Positions 13,278-24,613 of a DNA stretch of 64,000 bases are shown here, one piece after another (within the stretch, counting starts at the first letter, position 1; the number at the start of each line of letters is the position of its first letter). The translations under genes and the position numbers were made by a program. The stretch is taken from the NCBI GenBank assembly GCA_025558095.1, contig JAIVFI010000021.1:496001-560000 (forward strand), in the 5' to 3' direction. The DNA is from Hyaloraphidium curvatum SAG 235-1. Taxonomy: Eukaryota; Fungi; Monoblepharomycota. The notes under the pieces are model-generated. The model was not told the origin of the DNA, did no database searches, and saw only the letters and a list, made by a program, of their open reading frames with translations.

Positions 13278-13348
13278 GCGGAGGCTTCAGAGAGGAATAG
13301 AATAGTGCGCGGCGGGGTATACATCGGAATCTAGAGAAAAACTCTCTA

Positions 13349-13500
13349 GACCGGGCATAGATAGGGTATGGGTATCGAGCCGCGCCTAATTGTTGCCCAG
13401 CAACTCCCTCTTTCCCCTTTCCTCCTTCGGGGCAGAGGCAGCTGGGCGAACGTTAAGGTGTGGAAGGGGACCGAAAGGTCGGGTGGTGGTGCTCGAGGGT
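13349..13500 (-). ncRNA. Candidate Fanzor omega-RNA scaffold
   Basis: Lies immediately 3' of the Fanzor stop. Long nested stem-loop at 13392-13451 (minus strand GCCCAGC/GCTGGGC, CCTCT/AGAGG, CCCC/GGGG). Position matches the known TnpB/Fanzor guide RNA location at the element 3' end. Boundaries are inferred. Confidence 0.6.
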
Positions 13501-16500
13501 CACGGGCGCTCGAGGCCAGCAGGCCTGTCGTTTGGGTCGTAGGTGTGGTTCTGTAGCCAGCGTGCCATGGCATGCTCGAAGATGCGGAGCATGTTGATGG
13601 CAGCGTTCTGGTCTCGACCCACGCACGCCAGGTTGCAAGGCCCGTGGTAGCACCACCTTTCACCCCTGCGACGAGCAAGAGGCATCAGGATACGGCAAGG
13701 GAAGAAGCAGGAGCGCGTCCGACACGTACCACGGTTTGAACGTCGGTATCGACATCGGTGGGTGGAAGGGGGTGGGCTGCCGTCGGCGCTTGCGCTGGCT
13801 GCGGTTGTCGAGGCACCCGCGCGTGTCGAGCATCACCGTCCCGCACTTGTGGTGGGTCTTGGAAGTGCGGAACTCGTTGACCAAGATCGGGAGCACGTTG
13901 TCCCTCCTCTCGAACTCGTTCACGAACCGGCGGAGAGAAGCGCGCATGTGCCCCTTGATGTACTTCATCGATCCCGTCTTGGTCGAGCCCAACGAGATGA
14001 TGACGTGCACGGGCTTCTTGGGCGGTCCCGGGCCGTGCTCGTCGGCCATGCGCTCCCGCCGCTCCTTCCGCTTCCGCTGCTCTTTGCGCTTCCGGTTCTT
14101 GCGCTGCGTCCTCGTTAGGGCGAGCTTCGGCGTCCCGGAGACCTTCATGGCCAGCAGCTCGTCCACCATCCGGATCACGCCGATCTGCGCCCCGCGGTAG
14201 TTCTCCAGCTTGTGCCGGGCAAACTTCCACTCGAACTCGACCATCTCGTCGAGGTGCTCCAGCCGGTACTCGGCCCGCTCGCGCACGCGCTGGTAGTCCG
14301 TCTGCCGCTTCGATCCGATCCCGTTGTAGATGTCTGCCATCGAGCGGCCGGCGGGATCGTACAGCGACGTCGGGTCGCCCGGCGGCTGCTGCGTCGGCAG
14401 GTCCTGGCTGGCCTGCCAATTCCTGTTTGCGTTGCGCTGCGTGACGCCGATCTCCGACATCCAGCGCTTCGGAGAGATCGAAAAGAAACTGTACTCGGGA
14501 GTCCCGTCCGCATGGACACCGCTCGTCCGCTCCGCACAGGTCAATATGGCGCTAATGCCGGGATCGGCGCCAATCTCGCGGACCTCGATCTCGCCCGCGT
14601 CCCGTCGCTGGTAGAGCACCTCGGCCTCCTTGAGCGCGTCCACAATCATCTTGCGGTTCGCTTCGGCGGCCCTTGCCCGTCTCGCAACGTCCTCGTCCTC
14701 GTCGCTCATCCCGTCGACGGCCCGCACCTGGCTCGCGTCGTAGACGACCTTCGGCACAGCCTTCTCGAACTTTACCGAGACGGCCACGCTGTCGCTCGCG
14801 ATCGAGAAGGCAAAGGATCGAGGCACGTTCTTGTACTTGCTCTTGTCGCCGTCAGAAATGAGGTCGTTGATTTTGAACAGCCTCGGCCACGCTTCCCTCA
14901 GATGCGGCGAGGTTCGCTGGTTGACAAAGTTGCCGTGGAAGAAGGTGATCTCGAAGTCGCTGTACCGCTGCGGAAACAGCCGCTTCCACCGCTTCAGCAG
15001 CTCCCCGATGCACTGGTCGCCAGCAATGTCGATGTGCTTGGGGGTTGTCGAGTACAGGGGGAGGATCGGCGAGGTGGGCGGCTCCGGATCGTTCCAGTTT
15101 GCCGGCCGCGGATCGGGCGGCGGCCGAGGCACAAAGGAGGCCGCGATCATGTCGTTCGTCCGCCGAATGAACCGCAGAAGGCGGTTCCAGTCATCGGGCG
15201 CGCCGACCATCCCGTTGTGGACGATCTGCATGTGTCTCCGGATGGCATCAAGGATGAATGCTAGGAGCCGAGCCGTCCGCGCCGGATCCAAGGCCATCTG
15301 CGTGATGCCGCCCATCGATTGGAACTCCCACGTGCAGGCGCCGTTCGTGTTGACGAGGTTCCGGAGGCGTGCGACCGTCAGCAGTTGAGGAGAGCCCGCG
15401 ATGCCAATCTGGACCGAGTTCTCGATCTGGTGCGCCTGATTGTAGGTCCCCGTAATGTGGCGCATCAGCTTCTCCACCTCCCCCTTCCTGTCGTTCCGGA
15501 ACTGCTTTTGGACGGTCGGCAGAATATCCGTTAGCGTCTCCTCGAACCAGAGCTTGTACTCTCCCTCTTTCGCGACGTAGAGGGACCTGTAGCGGGCGAC
15601 GAGTTGGAGAATCTCTCGGATCAGGGGCACGGGCAGCAGAAAACGCCGTCCACGCCGCATTCCTGGCGTCTTGTACTGGTACTCGATCGGCGGGGGCTTT
15701 GGTGATAGCCTCCATCTCCCGCTCCTTCGTTCCCGCCGAACGAGTAGATCCGAAGCTCCTTGCGGCGCGAGTGGGCTGCGGTGTAGCAGCTGTCGCGGAG
15801 GGCTGTGAGCCTCGTCTTCGGCAGCGCGACCGGTTGTCCATGCCCGTCTTCCGCCACTTCATCGTCGTCCAGGTCGAGGTCAGCGCCCGCCGCCGGAGCG
15901 CCTCCTTCCGCCTGCGCCGGTTGTCCCTGCGCGGCCTGTGACTGCGCGTTCCCCGGGTCCTCCTGCCCCTGTTGGGCCTCCGGCTGCTGTGCGGGCGCGG
16001 GAAGCCTCGGAAGCTCCGTCACCGTCTGCCACTGCAGTAGCGCAAAGTCCTGCTCGAAAGCGGTCTTGAAGTTGCGGTTGCACGCGCCCTTGAGGTACAG
16101 GTCGATGTTGTTCTCGTACTGTTTGTACGAGGAGTTGAAGATCTGCGAGCACTCTCCCGAAAAAAAGCTAGGGACCATGCGGTAGGGCAGATTCTCTCCA
16201 TCCTCGGCCTCGTTGACCGGGGCCGCGTAAAAGACGGGATACGAGAACCTGAGGCCGTCCTCGTAGGCGTCTTCGTGCTCCTCGTCCGTCGCAATCAGCA
16301 GCTCCTTGACGGCCGTGTTCCGAACGATCGACGCGTCCGCCCGCTGCTTGCCGAGCCAGATCCTGATCGAGTGCACGAGGAAGGGCAACTGGGCCGCCAG
16401 TGAGGGCGAGCGGATCACGCGGAGCTCGCCCGTGACGACGAGCATCAGGATGCGGAACAGCAGCGTCTGGTCGAGCGCGGGAAGCCTCTTGTCCCAGTCC

Positions 16501-17778
16501 AGCCAGAGCGTGACCGCGTTCTCCAACAGCCAGCACGCGGCCGCGCCACACTTGGTGAATTCGTCGGCAAAGGAACGGAAGACGGGAATCAAAGAAAGGT
16601 CGGCGCAGAGTGACTCCATGGAGGTCTTGATCGTGCTCATCAAGGTCTTGACGTTCTCAATTCCCGCGGCCTCGGCCTTCTCCAACGTCTCCTTCTTGCC
16701 GGCTGCACGCGCCGACGGCTTGTGATTGGGGCACAACAGACTGTTGCTTCGCTGGTGATCCGTGCGACCGCACGACGGGCACGGCTTCACCGGAACTGCA
16801 GGCTGTTGAGCGGCGGGCGGCGGCTGCGCGGCAGGGGCAGCGGGCGGCGGACCTGCAGGCTGCGCAAGGCCTTGCGGCGGGGAAGGAGCGCTTTGGTGCT
16901 GCAGGTGGGGGGGGATTGGAAGACCAGGCGGGGGCCCGATGGCCCCACGGGTCGGAGGTTGCCCGAGATGAGCAGGAACAGGTAGTCCTGGGGCATGCCG
17001 TCGAGCGGGAGGGGGTTGCTGCGAATAGGAAGCAGATTCAGGATGATTCGCGGGCTTGCAGTACAGGCCACTTCACCAGAGGCACGTCGTCACTCGGCTC
17101 CCTCTTCCTTCTCGACCGACCTCCGGCGAAGCCTCCTTGCTCGTCATCCATCATCTGCAGACGAAGAACGTGAGAAAATGCGAAAGAAAGGAGAACTTCA
17201 CACGCACCTGGTCCGAGTCGCCACCGTTCAGTCCGTCAAAAGCTTCCCCCATCTCTTCGTCCAGAACCCGTCCGTCCTGCGGCTCGAAATCAGATCGGGG
17301 TGCCAATGCAACCCGACTCCATGTTACTCGCCGGCATCGTCGCTCTGTCCGACGGACTTGCGCCCTCCGGAGCTGCTCCGCGACGAGACGCCAGATCTGG
17401 GACAAAATGAGCAGAGGAAAGCCAGAGTTTGCAGACCAACGCATACTCTGTCCACGACCCCTTGGACCCCGTGTGGTCTGCCGTGCAGGAGGCGATGCGG
17501 CGATGGCAGGCATCGGCGCCGGAGCTCCTTGCTGGGCGACGCGGCCCCGGGTCGCGCCACGACGGGCAGCCCAGCCACCGCGACCCCCGCGGGCGCCTGC
17601 TGAGATCTCTGGATGATTTCCGATGCCCGCCGCATCCGGAGTTGCTTCCGCCGCGGCTTGGGGGGGACCCTGCGCGGCGTCGTCGGCCGCGTCCGCGCCC
17701 TCTGGCTGCTCGGGGCGCTGCCGCACTGCTGTTGCCACCCGCCGGCGTGGCGGCGTCCGCTCGCTTCCGCGGTGGCAT
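13500..17778 (-). CDS. Fanzor1 (eukaryotic TnpB-family RNA-guided endonuclease), intron-containing, with long N-terminal extension; frameshift near 15690-15735
   Basis: RuvC-I EIGADPG; RuvC-II LVNEFRTSKTHHKCG; after splicing intron 13666-13729 (GT..AG), KPWGERWCYHGPC...GRDQNAAINM (RuvC-III). Upstream: SIASDSVAVSVKF, N-terminal knuckle CPSCGRTDHQRSNSLLCPNH, and introns 17019-17076 and 17155-17207. Exons 5' of 17276 are uncertain. Confidence 0.9.
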
Positions 17779-19456
17779 TGTTGTTGCAGTATCGTGACGT
17801 CGGTGATGATTGCGTAGTCCGAGCACCAACCCAGCGCGGGTGATGTGACGCGCAGGCCCTTTCAGCTCCAAACCGGTGCGACGGCGCGCAAAGTGCCGCG
17901 CAACAGCTCCACAACCGCCCGCCGCTAGGCTTGGCCTCCCTGCTCTCCCTAGTTGCCAGGGGTTCACCAGCCCGTGACCGGGGGTCCGCCACGCTCGGAC
18001 CGGCGAGCGGGATCGGACTCCGCGTCCCCGCGAAAGCTCCCTGCACCGCTACATAGAGGCTGGGAGATCGAACGCCAAGGAACTCGCCCTCGATTCCGCT
18101 CTTCTTTCGATTCGGCTGCCAGCTCCGAGGGGATTCCCACCAGACCTTCGCCGCATTGTCCTCGCGCCGGCGGATGCCAGCGCGGCTCCAGATACCCGCG
18201 GGCAAAGTAATTTGTCCTTTGAGCTCCTGAGGAGGATAGCCGCGACCACGGGACCTCCGTTGCTTCCAATGTTTCGGCGAGGCAAGACGGTCAAGCAACC
18301 AACCGATGCGGTGCGGGATCCTCAGCACTGGCCCCTGAACGGCCGAAATCCTCTTGGAATCGTTTTTCATCGCGCCATACTGGGAGCTCGGCCACGTTTC
18401 TGCGGAATGCCTGCGGTGGCAGGTCGCGGAAGGAACTTCCATGGTTCGACGGTGCCGCGGGGCTTCGGCCGTCATATCGGCGGTGATCGGGCGCAAAAAG
18501 GAGCCGCGCCGTCGGCATCGCCTTCCAAGATGCGTTTGGCGCCGTCTAGGTGCCATTTCAACGGAGATGCGTTTGCAGGTTGAGGTGCTTCGTGAGCGTG
18601 TTCGTGGGGGCGGTCGGCGAAGTCAAAATCAAACATCAGAAGTCGCCGGTTTCCGATCTCTTCATGTACGGCCAGGCCAATGCATCTGGAGAAACTAGCA
18701 TGGGCCCATACTTTGGACATATTGTCTTCAGAACCCCCGTGGCCCGAGTCGCGTCGTCTCGTTCCGATCCGACGGTTGGACGCCAACTTCAAGCTATAGC
18801 AGGTCAACGACCGACTGCTGCACCTTCGATTCGCATTCTTGTGACGCCGGGAGCACGTATGGCAAAGAGTCAGTACAGATAAGCAGGGCGCGTGCGTCGA
18901 ACGCTTCGAACGATGCCCGGAGCGGGCAGGAAAAATCCGCAAGCGGCTCAGAAAGACGTGCTTCAGGATACCACCTCAAGCATGCAATGCAGCCATCATT
19001 CCGTCCGCGTTCCAGACTTGTTTGGTCACGATCGTCGCAAGAGTGGGTCGCGGGGCCCGTAGCCTAGTCCGCAGCAGCCCGATGGCCTCCCCCGACGGTG
19101 CCGCCGACGACAAGGAACATCACGGGCACAGTTGTGTTGCAGTCTCGCCACCAACTTCCACGATGCTTCTTACATTGCATGTGAGACCGCCGCAGCAAGA
19201 GGGAACCCTCACAAGGTCCAAATCAGAGGCTGCCATGCAGGCACTGGAAGACAGCTTGGCCAATGGAGACAGAGACAAAGCTGCGGGGCCGCCACCCTTT
19301 GAGATTCAGTCAGCAATGAGACGCTTTGGCACTGGCTCCCGCTGCAATAAGACAGGGCGAATGGTTGTTGCGTGTCCGAGATTCGTCCAAGATTCGGAGG
19401 TAAGGCGGATGGCTGTGGTCCGACTCCACGTTGGGTCCATAACCATACTATGAGGA

Positions 19457-19655
19457 CACTACCACCCGGTCTACGGCCGCTTCTGGTCCACGGCCACTGT
19501 GGAGGGTCTACCGTCGCCGCGAATGGTCCATGGGACCTTGCCATGGTCTACTGCGGACTCCGGTGGTCTGCCAAACCCGCAACGGTTTGCGACTGCGCGA
19601 ACGGTTCACGGATACCCCAAATGGTCTACGGCGATGCGCAGGTGGTCCACGGCCG
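19457..19655 (+). mobile_element. CACTA/EnSpm-like terminus with array of GGTC(T/C)AC-type subterminal motifs at ~20-bp spacing; solo end
   Basis: CACTA at 19457-19461, then motif copies starting at 19468, 19485, 19505, 19525, 19545, 19565, 19584, 19603, 19623 and 19644. Confidence 0.5.
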
Positions 19656-19965
19656 TTTCCGATTCATGCCCGGAATTCAAGAGCACAAACGGGGTTTGTA
19701 CAAACGGAATGCCATCCCACGCCGGCCGCCGCAAGCGCTACATGTTGCCCTCTCTTCCGGAAGGCTTGCAAACAAATCGGCAGCGTCGAGGTCGGCTAAA
19801 GCTCCTGGGTGCGCTATTCGCCTAGGCCAGTTGTAGGCGCGCGGGCGGCTAGACTCCGATTTCTAACGCTAGCCACTAAACGGGGGCAGCAGCGCGCCCG
19901 ATCATGCGTGCGTCGGCAAAACAGCACGTCCTTTCTGCCTCCCCATCTCCGTTTCTGCTTCACCG

Positions 19966-20526
19966 ATGGGTTCCGATCAAACCATAAAGGGTCTTACCCC
20001 TAGAGCGGACCTGCTCGATGGCTCGGAGTTGCGGATACTCATCCGTGGGCTGCTTCGGCCGGACGTTCCGGGCCTCGTCCTGATTTCCGTTCCAGTCCAC
20101 ACGCGCTGGAATCTGCCCATCGTTATGTCTCTGGTGGATGGCGCGGCGGCGGACCTCGTTGGCAAGTTCAAAGTCAAGAAGGAGAACGTGACCGTCGCGG
20201 CGGTTCCCGGAAGCTACGAGCTGCCGTTCGCGTGCAAAGCCCACATCGCGACGGGAAAGTACGACGCCGTCATTGCGGTTGGGGTCCTGATCAAGGGTGG
20301 AACGATGCACTTCGAGTACATCGCAGAGAGCGTGACCCACGGAATCATGCGGGTGCAACTGGACACAGATGTTCCCGTCATCTTCGGGGTCTTGACGTGC
20401 CTGACGGAGGACCAAGCCAAAGTCAGAGCTGGAATCCGGGTCGGCGACGATGAAGGCCACAATCATGGATTGGACTGGGCGGCTGCCGCGGTGGAGATGG
20501 CTCTTCTGAAAAAGAAGGCCGCGTAG
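19966..20526 (+). CDS. RIB4: 6,7-dimethyl-8-ribityllumazine synthase; one in-frame ~51 nt intron
   Basis: HTRWN, VPGSYELP, YDAVIAVGVLIKGGTMHFEYI, VPVIFGVLTCLTEDQA, HNHGLDW. Confidence 0.96.
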   Translation: MGSDQTIKGLTPRADLLDGSELRILIRGLLRPDVPGLVLISVPVHTRWNLPIVMSLVDGAAADLVGKFKVKKENVTVAAVPGSYELPFACKAHIATGKYDAVIAVGVLIKGGTMHFEYIAESVTHGIMRVQLDTDVPVIFGVLTCLTEDQAKVRAGIRVGDDEGHNHGLDWAAAAVEMALLKKKAA

Positions 20527-20605
20527 CAGTTAAATACATCTGCAAATGGCGCGCCGAGTCATGACGTTTCGCAACGCCTCGATTCTTTTCGCGGTTCTCG
20601 AGTCG

Positions 20606-22582
20606 TTACACCGTCACGGCCTGCTCGAGGTGGCTACCTTCACGGTGCGGAAAGCCGTGGAAACCGTCGATCCCGCGAGGATAGGTGGAGATTACGAGAT
20701 CCTCCTCCCTGACGAGGGGAGACACCCTTTCGCCCGTGCCGACGCCGGCCCTTCCGCCCTCCAGCGCCCAGTCGGATTCGTACTTGAGGCCCCGTTCCTT
20801 CCAAATGGTGCTGAGCGCTCCGACCAGGTGATCCATCATCGCTTCCGTGTGTCCCGGCGTCGGTGTGATCCTGAGCCGCTCCTCCCCCACGGGCACCGTC
20901 GGGTAATTGATGGATTGAACGTAGACGTCGTACTTGGACAGGAGCTCGTCGCTGATTTGCTTGCAGATTTCGGCGTTGCCGACCAGCACGGGCACAATAT
21001 GGGAGGGGTTCGGAACCACCGGGATGCCGAGATCGGCAAGCCTGGCCTTGAGGAGCCTGGTGTTGAGCTGCTGCCCGATCCGTTCCTTCTGCGACGTCTT
21101 GAGGTACGTGATCGAAGTGATGGCTCCAGCGACCACTGCGGGTGGCAGGGAGGTGGTGAAGATAAACCCCGGCGCGTCTAGAGAGCCAGTAACGAATTAG
21201 TCAGCTGCGGATTGTGGACGCGCTGCGTTGGTACGCACAAGATCGTATCATGTCGCAGAGCGCTGCCGAGGCTGCAATATAGCCGCCGACGATACCGTAG
21301 CCCTTGGCTAGCGTTCCGGAAATAATGTCGACACGGTGCATCTGATCAATGTACTCGGCGACCCCCGCGCCGGTACGGCCGTACATCCCGACGGCATGGA
21401 CCTCGTCGAGGAACGTGATGGCATTGTACTTGTTCGCGAGGTCGCAGATTTCCTTGATTGGACCGATGGAGCCGCACATGGAGTAGACGGATTCGAATGC
21501 AATGATCTTTGGGGTGGCGATGTCCAGGCTTTTGAGGTGGCGCTCCAGATCCTCCATATCGTTGTGCTGAGAACGGGAACAGTTAGCTCAAGAGAATGGC
21601 AAGTGGATGAGGAATGGGGCGACACCGACCTTGAACACGATCTTCTTGGCGCGCGAATGCACGATGCCCTGAATCATCGAGGCATGGTTCTTTGCGTCCG
21701 AGAGAATGACGCATCCAGGCATCTTGGAGCCCAGTGTAGCCAGAGTCGCGTCGTTGGCTACGTAGCACGACGAGAAAACGAGAGCACCGCTCTTCCCGTG
21801 CAAGTCGGCCAACTCGCGTTCCAGGTTCAGGTGCAGCTGTGCGTTGCCGGCGATGTTGCGCGTGCCTCCGGCGCCGGCACCGTACTGGTCGAGCGTAGCT
21901 TTCATCGATTCAATGACTTGGGGGTGTCTACCCATCCCCAAATAGTCGTTGCTGCACCAGACGGTGACGTGATGGTCTGGAGTCGAAGTGTGCGCCATTG
22001 GAAAGCGCGACGCCAGGCGATTGATGTTGTTGAAGTAGCGGTAGCTCTTGTCCTGGTGCTTCTTCTCCAGCTCGGCCTGGTAGAAAGCGTGGTAGTCGAA
22101 GCCGGCCGATCCGATTCCCGTCCTCGACTCCGTGCTGGGCGCTGGGAGACGGCTGAGCATCCGCATCGCGGAACGCTGAAAACCGACCCACCGACAAACT
22201 CGGAAGGAGGCGCATACTTGGTACCGGCCCGCTCGACATGAGCGGCCAATGCGCGGGCCGTGTCGTGCGGCATGGGGCACTTGGCAGAGGAGCCGAAGGC
22301 GCGAGCGCCTCTCATCGCTCCCGGGCGAACCCCTCTGTTCCCGCCATGATGGGCGGCCTTGACTTTGGACTGCTCTCTGACGGTGAGAGCCGAGCCCATC
22401 ACGGGGCATTCCTTGGCCTTGGCGTAGAGCAGCGACTTGGCCAGCGGCAGACCGGGAGCCGAGGTCGCACCGCCCTGGCCGTGCACCGCTCCCACCGCGC
22501 TCGTGGACAGCGCACGGAGGCGGGAAGCAGGCGTGCTCTTCAAGAAGGGGCAAAGGGCCCGGCCGAAGCGGAGGTGCTCCAT
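20606..22582 (-). CDS. HEM1: 5-aminolevulinate synthase, mitochondrial, multi-exon
   Basis: CP heme-regulatory motifs (CPFL, CPVM, CPM); KHQDKSYRYFNNINR, VWCSNDYLGM, GAGAGGTRNIAG, AFESVYSMCG, DEVHAVGMYG, SGTLAKGYG, QSINYPTVPVGEERLRITPTPGH. Confidence 0.96.
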
Positions 22583-22790
22583 AGATGCGTGTTCGACAAC
22601 TTTGCCCGGAGGCTCACTCGTAAGCTCACTCATCACCAGGACTGCTTCTTGCTGGGCCAGCAAAGCAAAAGACGGATGCACAGCTGTGGCATTATTCTAT
22701 AACGAAGTTAGAGTTGGCACCTGCGGAAAAGACCCTTTCGTAATATGGGCGGACTACTCCAGGAAGGAGGAGAAAAAGGAGTGATCTAGA

Positions 22791-24392
22791 TTATGAACTG
22801 TCGGCGCTCCTAGAAGGTGGAGCCACTCCTTGTCGCCGGAGCAGTTTGGCCTGAAGTGAAGTCATGAAGTCAGAATGCCTAGCTGAATCTGATGGGCGGT
22901 CGATTCTACTGACCCCGATCCTTCCCATTCGAGCTAGAATACGATCTGACAAGAGCGGGACCGCTTCCCGTTCCCGATCGTTCTCCATTTGGCCCATGGA
23001 ACGAGCAGCAAGATCGATATCCTTGGCGCACTTGGAGTATTCCGCGGGCGTCACCTGGACGTCGAAATTGAGCGCGCCGATGAACCATCTTTCCAGCAGG
23101 TTCCTGGATCCGCGTCATCTCCATGCCCCTTCTTCGGACATTGTTCCCGCACTCACATGTCACTGACGAGCATTTCAGGAAAGATGACGCGGCAAAAGTC
23201 CGTGTTCCAGACCGCGTTGTCATCCCAAACTTTGGATGCAAGAAGAATGCTGCCAAGCAGGAAACGCATCCAGTTGTTACCGGAGAACGGTATCCCCGTC
23301 GCGCTTGTGATACGCCGAATGTAAACCTGAGGCAACGGCATCAATAGAGGCAACGCACCGCAACGTTCTCGCGACGAACCATCATGATAACGGCGCACTC
23401 GCAAGGCAAATCAGCCAGCTGGAAAACCTTGATCAGCGTGGCAAAGATGTCTGCCGACTTTGGAGCACTTGGCACAGCAGGCGGAGGCTGCTCAACGGAA
23501 AGTGAGTTAAGCTGGAGGATCAGATGCGCAACATGTACCATGAGAGGATAGATGTCCTGGCGGAGGGGGTTATCCAAAGATGTGCCGCTGGACGCGGAAT
23601 TGATGCGCATTTCGTCAGCTAGCACTGTTGCTATGCTACGAGGAAAGTCAGAAGAGACGGCCAAACTGTACTCGAGCAGAGCTCACTTGGACAGGATTTT
23701 CCGCAAGTTCGTGACTGGCGCAGATTCAAGGTCTGTGCTGGCACGCAACTCATCGTCGGCCTTCAAAGTTCCATGAACAAGACAGTTTGATTGCATGGCA
23801 GAGCACGGTGACCTCTGGCCTGCCATCGGGGATGTAGGCGGACAACGTGATGCTTCGGTTTCGGCGGTGCTGCCATGCCTCTGCGGAAGGGCAGGGAGGT
23901 CCCGAAACAAGTCATCGGCCCTCGCTGCATGGCTTCCAACGCTTTTGCCTCCCAAAGACACTGCAGCACAGGCACCCAAAGAGCTTCCAGCAGACAACTC
24001 GGAGTCCACCATGTCCCGGGATGCTAGCACCAGGCCATTGCCGTCGGCGGCGCTAGTCAACGAAGCAGTCCCAAAGATGCCATTCTGCCGCCCCAACAAG
24101 CCGTCCATACTTCTGCGAGTCGTCTGTATATGTACGGAGATCCAAAGAACCAACCGCAGGCGGAAAGACGACTGATGCCTAATCTATCAGATTTCAGATT
24201 GGGACACGTCAATAAGCCATAGTGAGAGCAGCAAGATAGGCGGCGTAGAGTTCGGAACACGCCGTTGCTGTTTGCGTGGAAGATCGGGAGGGGTTTGTTT
24301 GGCGGTTCAACGCGCTCGCGCCCACCGCCACTCGGCGCCGGTGTATGTGTTGGCACAACAAGACGTGAACGAAGCGCAGTTGCCGCCGCCAA
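22791..24392 (-). CDS. Cyclin-Y-like protein, multi-exon; start uncertain
   Basis: Cyclin box ...LPCECAVIMM|VYIRRI...NNWMRFLLGSILLASKVWDDNAVWNTDFC, the typical CCNY signature. Confidence 0.8.
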
Positions 24393-24613
24393 GGTGGCAC
24401 AATAGCCATGGGAAAGGGTGTGGTGGCTGGCAAGCGGGAGACCGAACGAGTCGTTGAACGGGATCGATTCTCCCCCTACTCTTCGTCCCCTTGGCCCGCA
24501 CGCCCCGTATCTGGTCGAACCTCATTCGCTGGCTTTCGTCGCTTTTGCGCGGCATGTAATTGGATTCGGCTTCCCTCGCCGTTTGGCCAGCTCTTGTCGA
24601 GACCACCACCTTT

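Larger units (their letters stand above)
13347..17800 (-). mobile_element. Fanzor-carrying, probably non-autonomous, transposon inserted just downstream of the TyrRS gene; 5' boundary undefined
   Basis: Fanzor gene plus structured 3' region ending ...CCCGGTC-TA at 13347-13355. No transposase was recognised within the element. Confidence 0.55.

Noticed and set aside
13325-13355. Helitron 3' end (CTAG plus hairpin) for the Fanzor element
   Set aside because: Neither CTAG is followed by the T expected of an A|T insertion, the hairpin geometry does not fit, and no RepHel gene is present.
13660-15660. Prokaryotic Cas12/IS605 TnpB or bacterial contamination
   Set aside because: RuvC-III is split off by a spliceosomal intron, and the locus lies between intron-rich eukaryotic genes.
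19457-19655. CRISPR array
   Set aside because: The repeat core is only ~7 bp and degenerate with ~13-bp spacers, the context is eukaryotic, and no cas genes are present.
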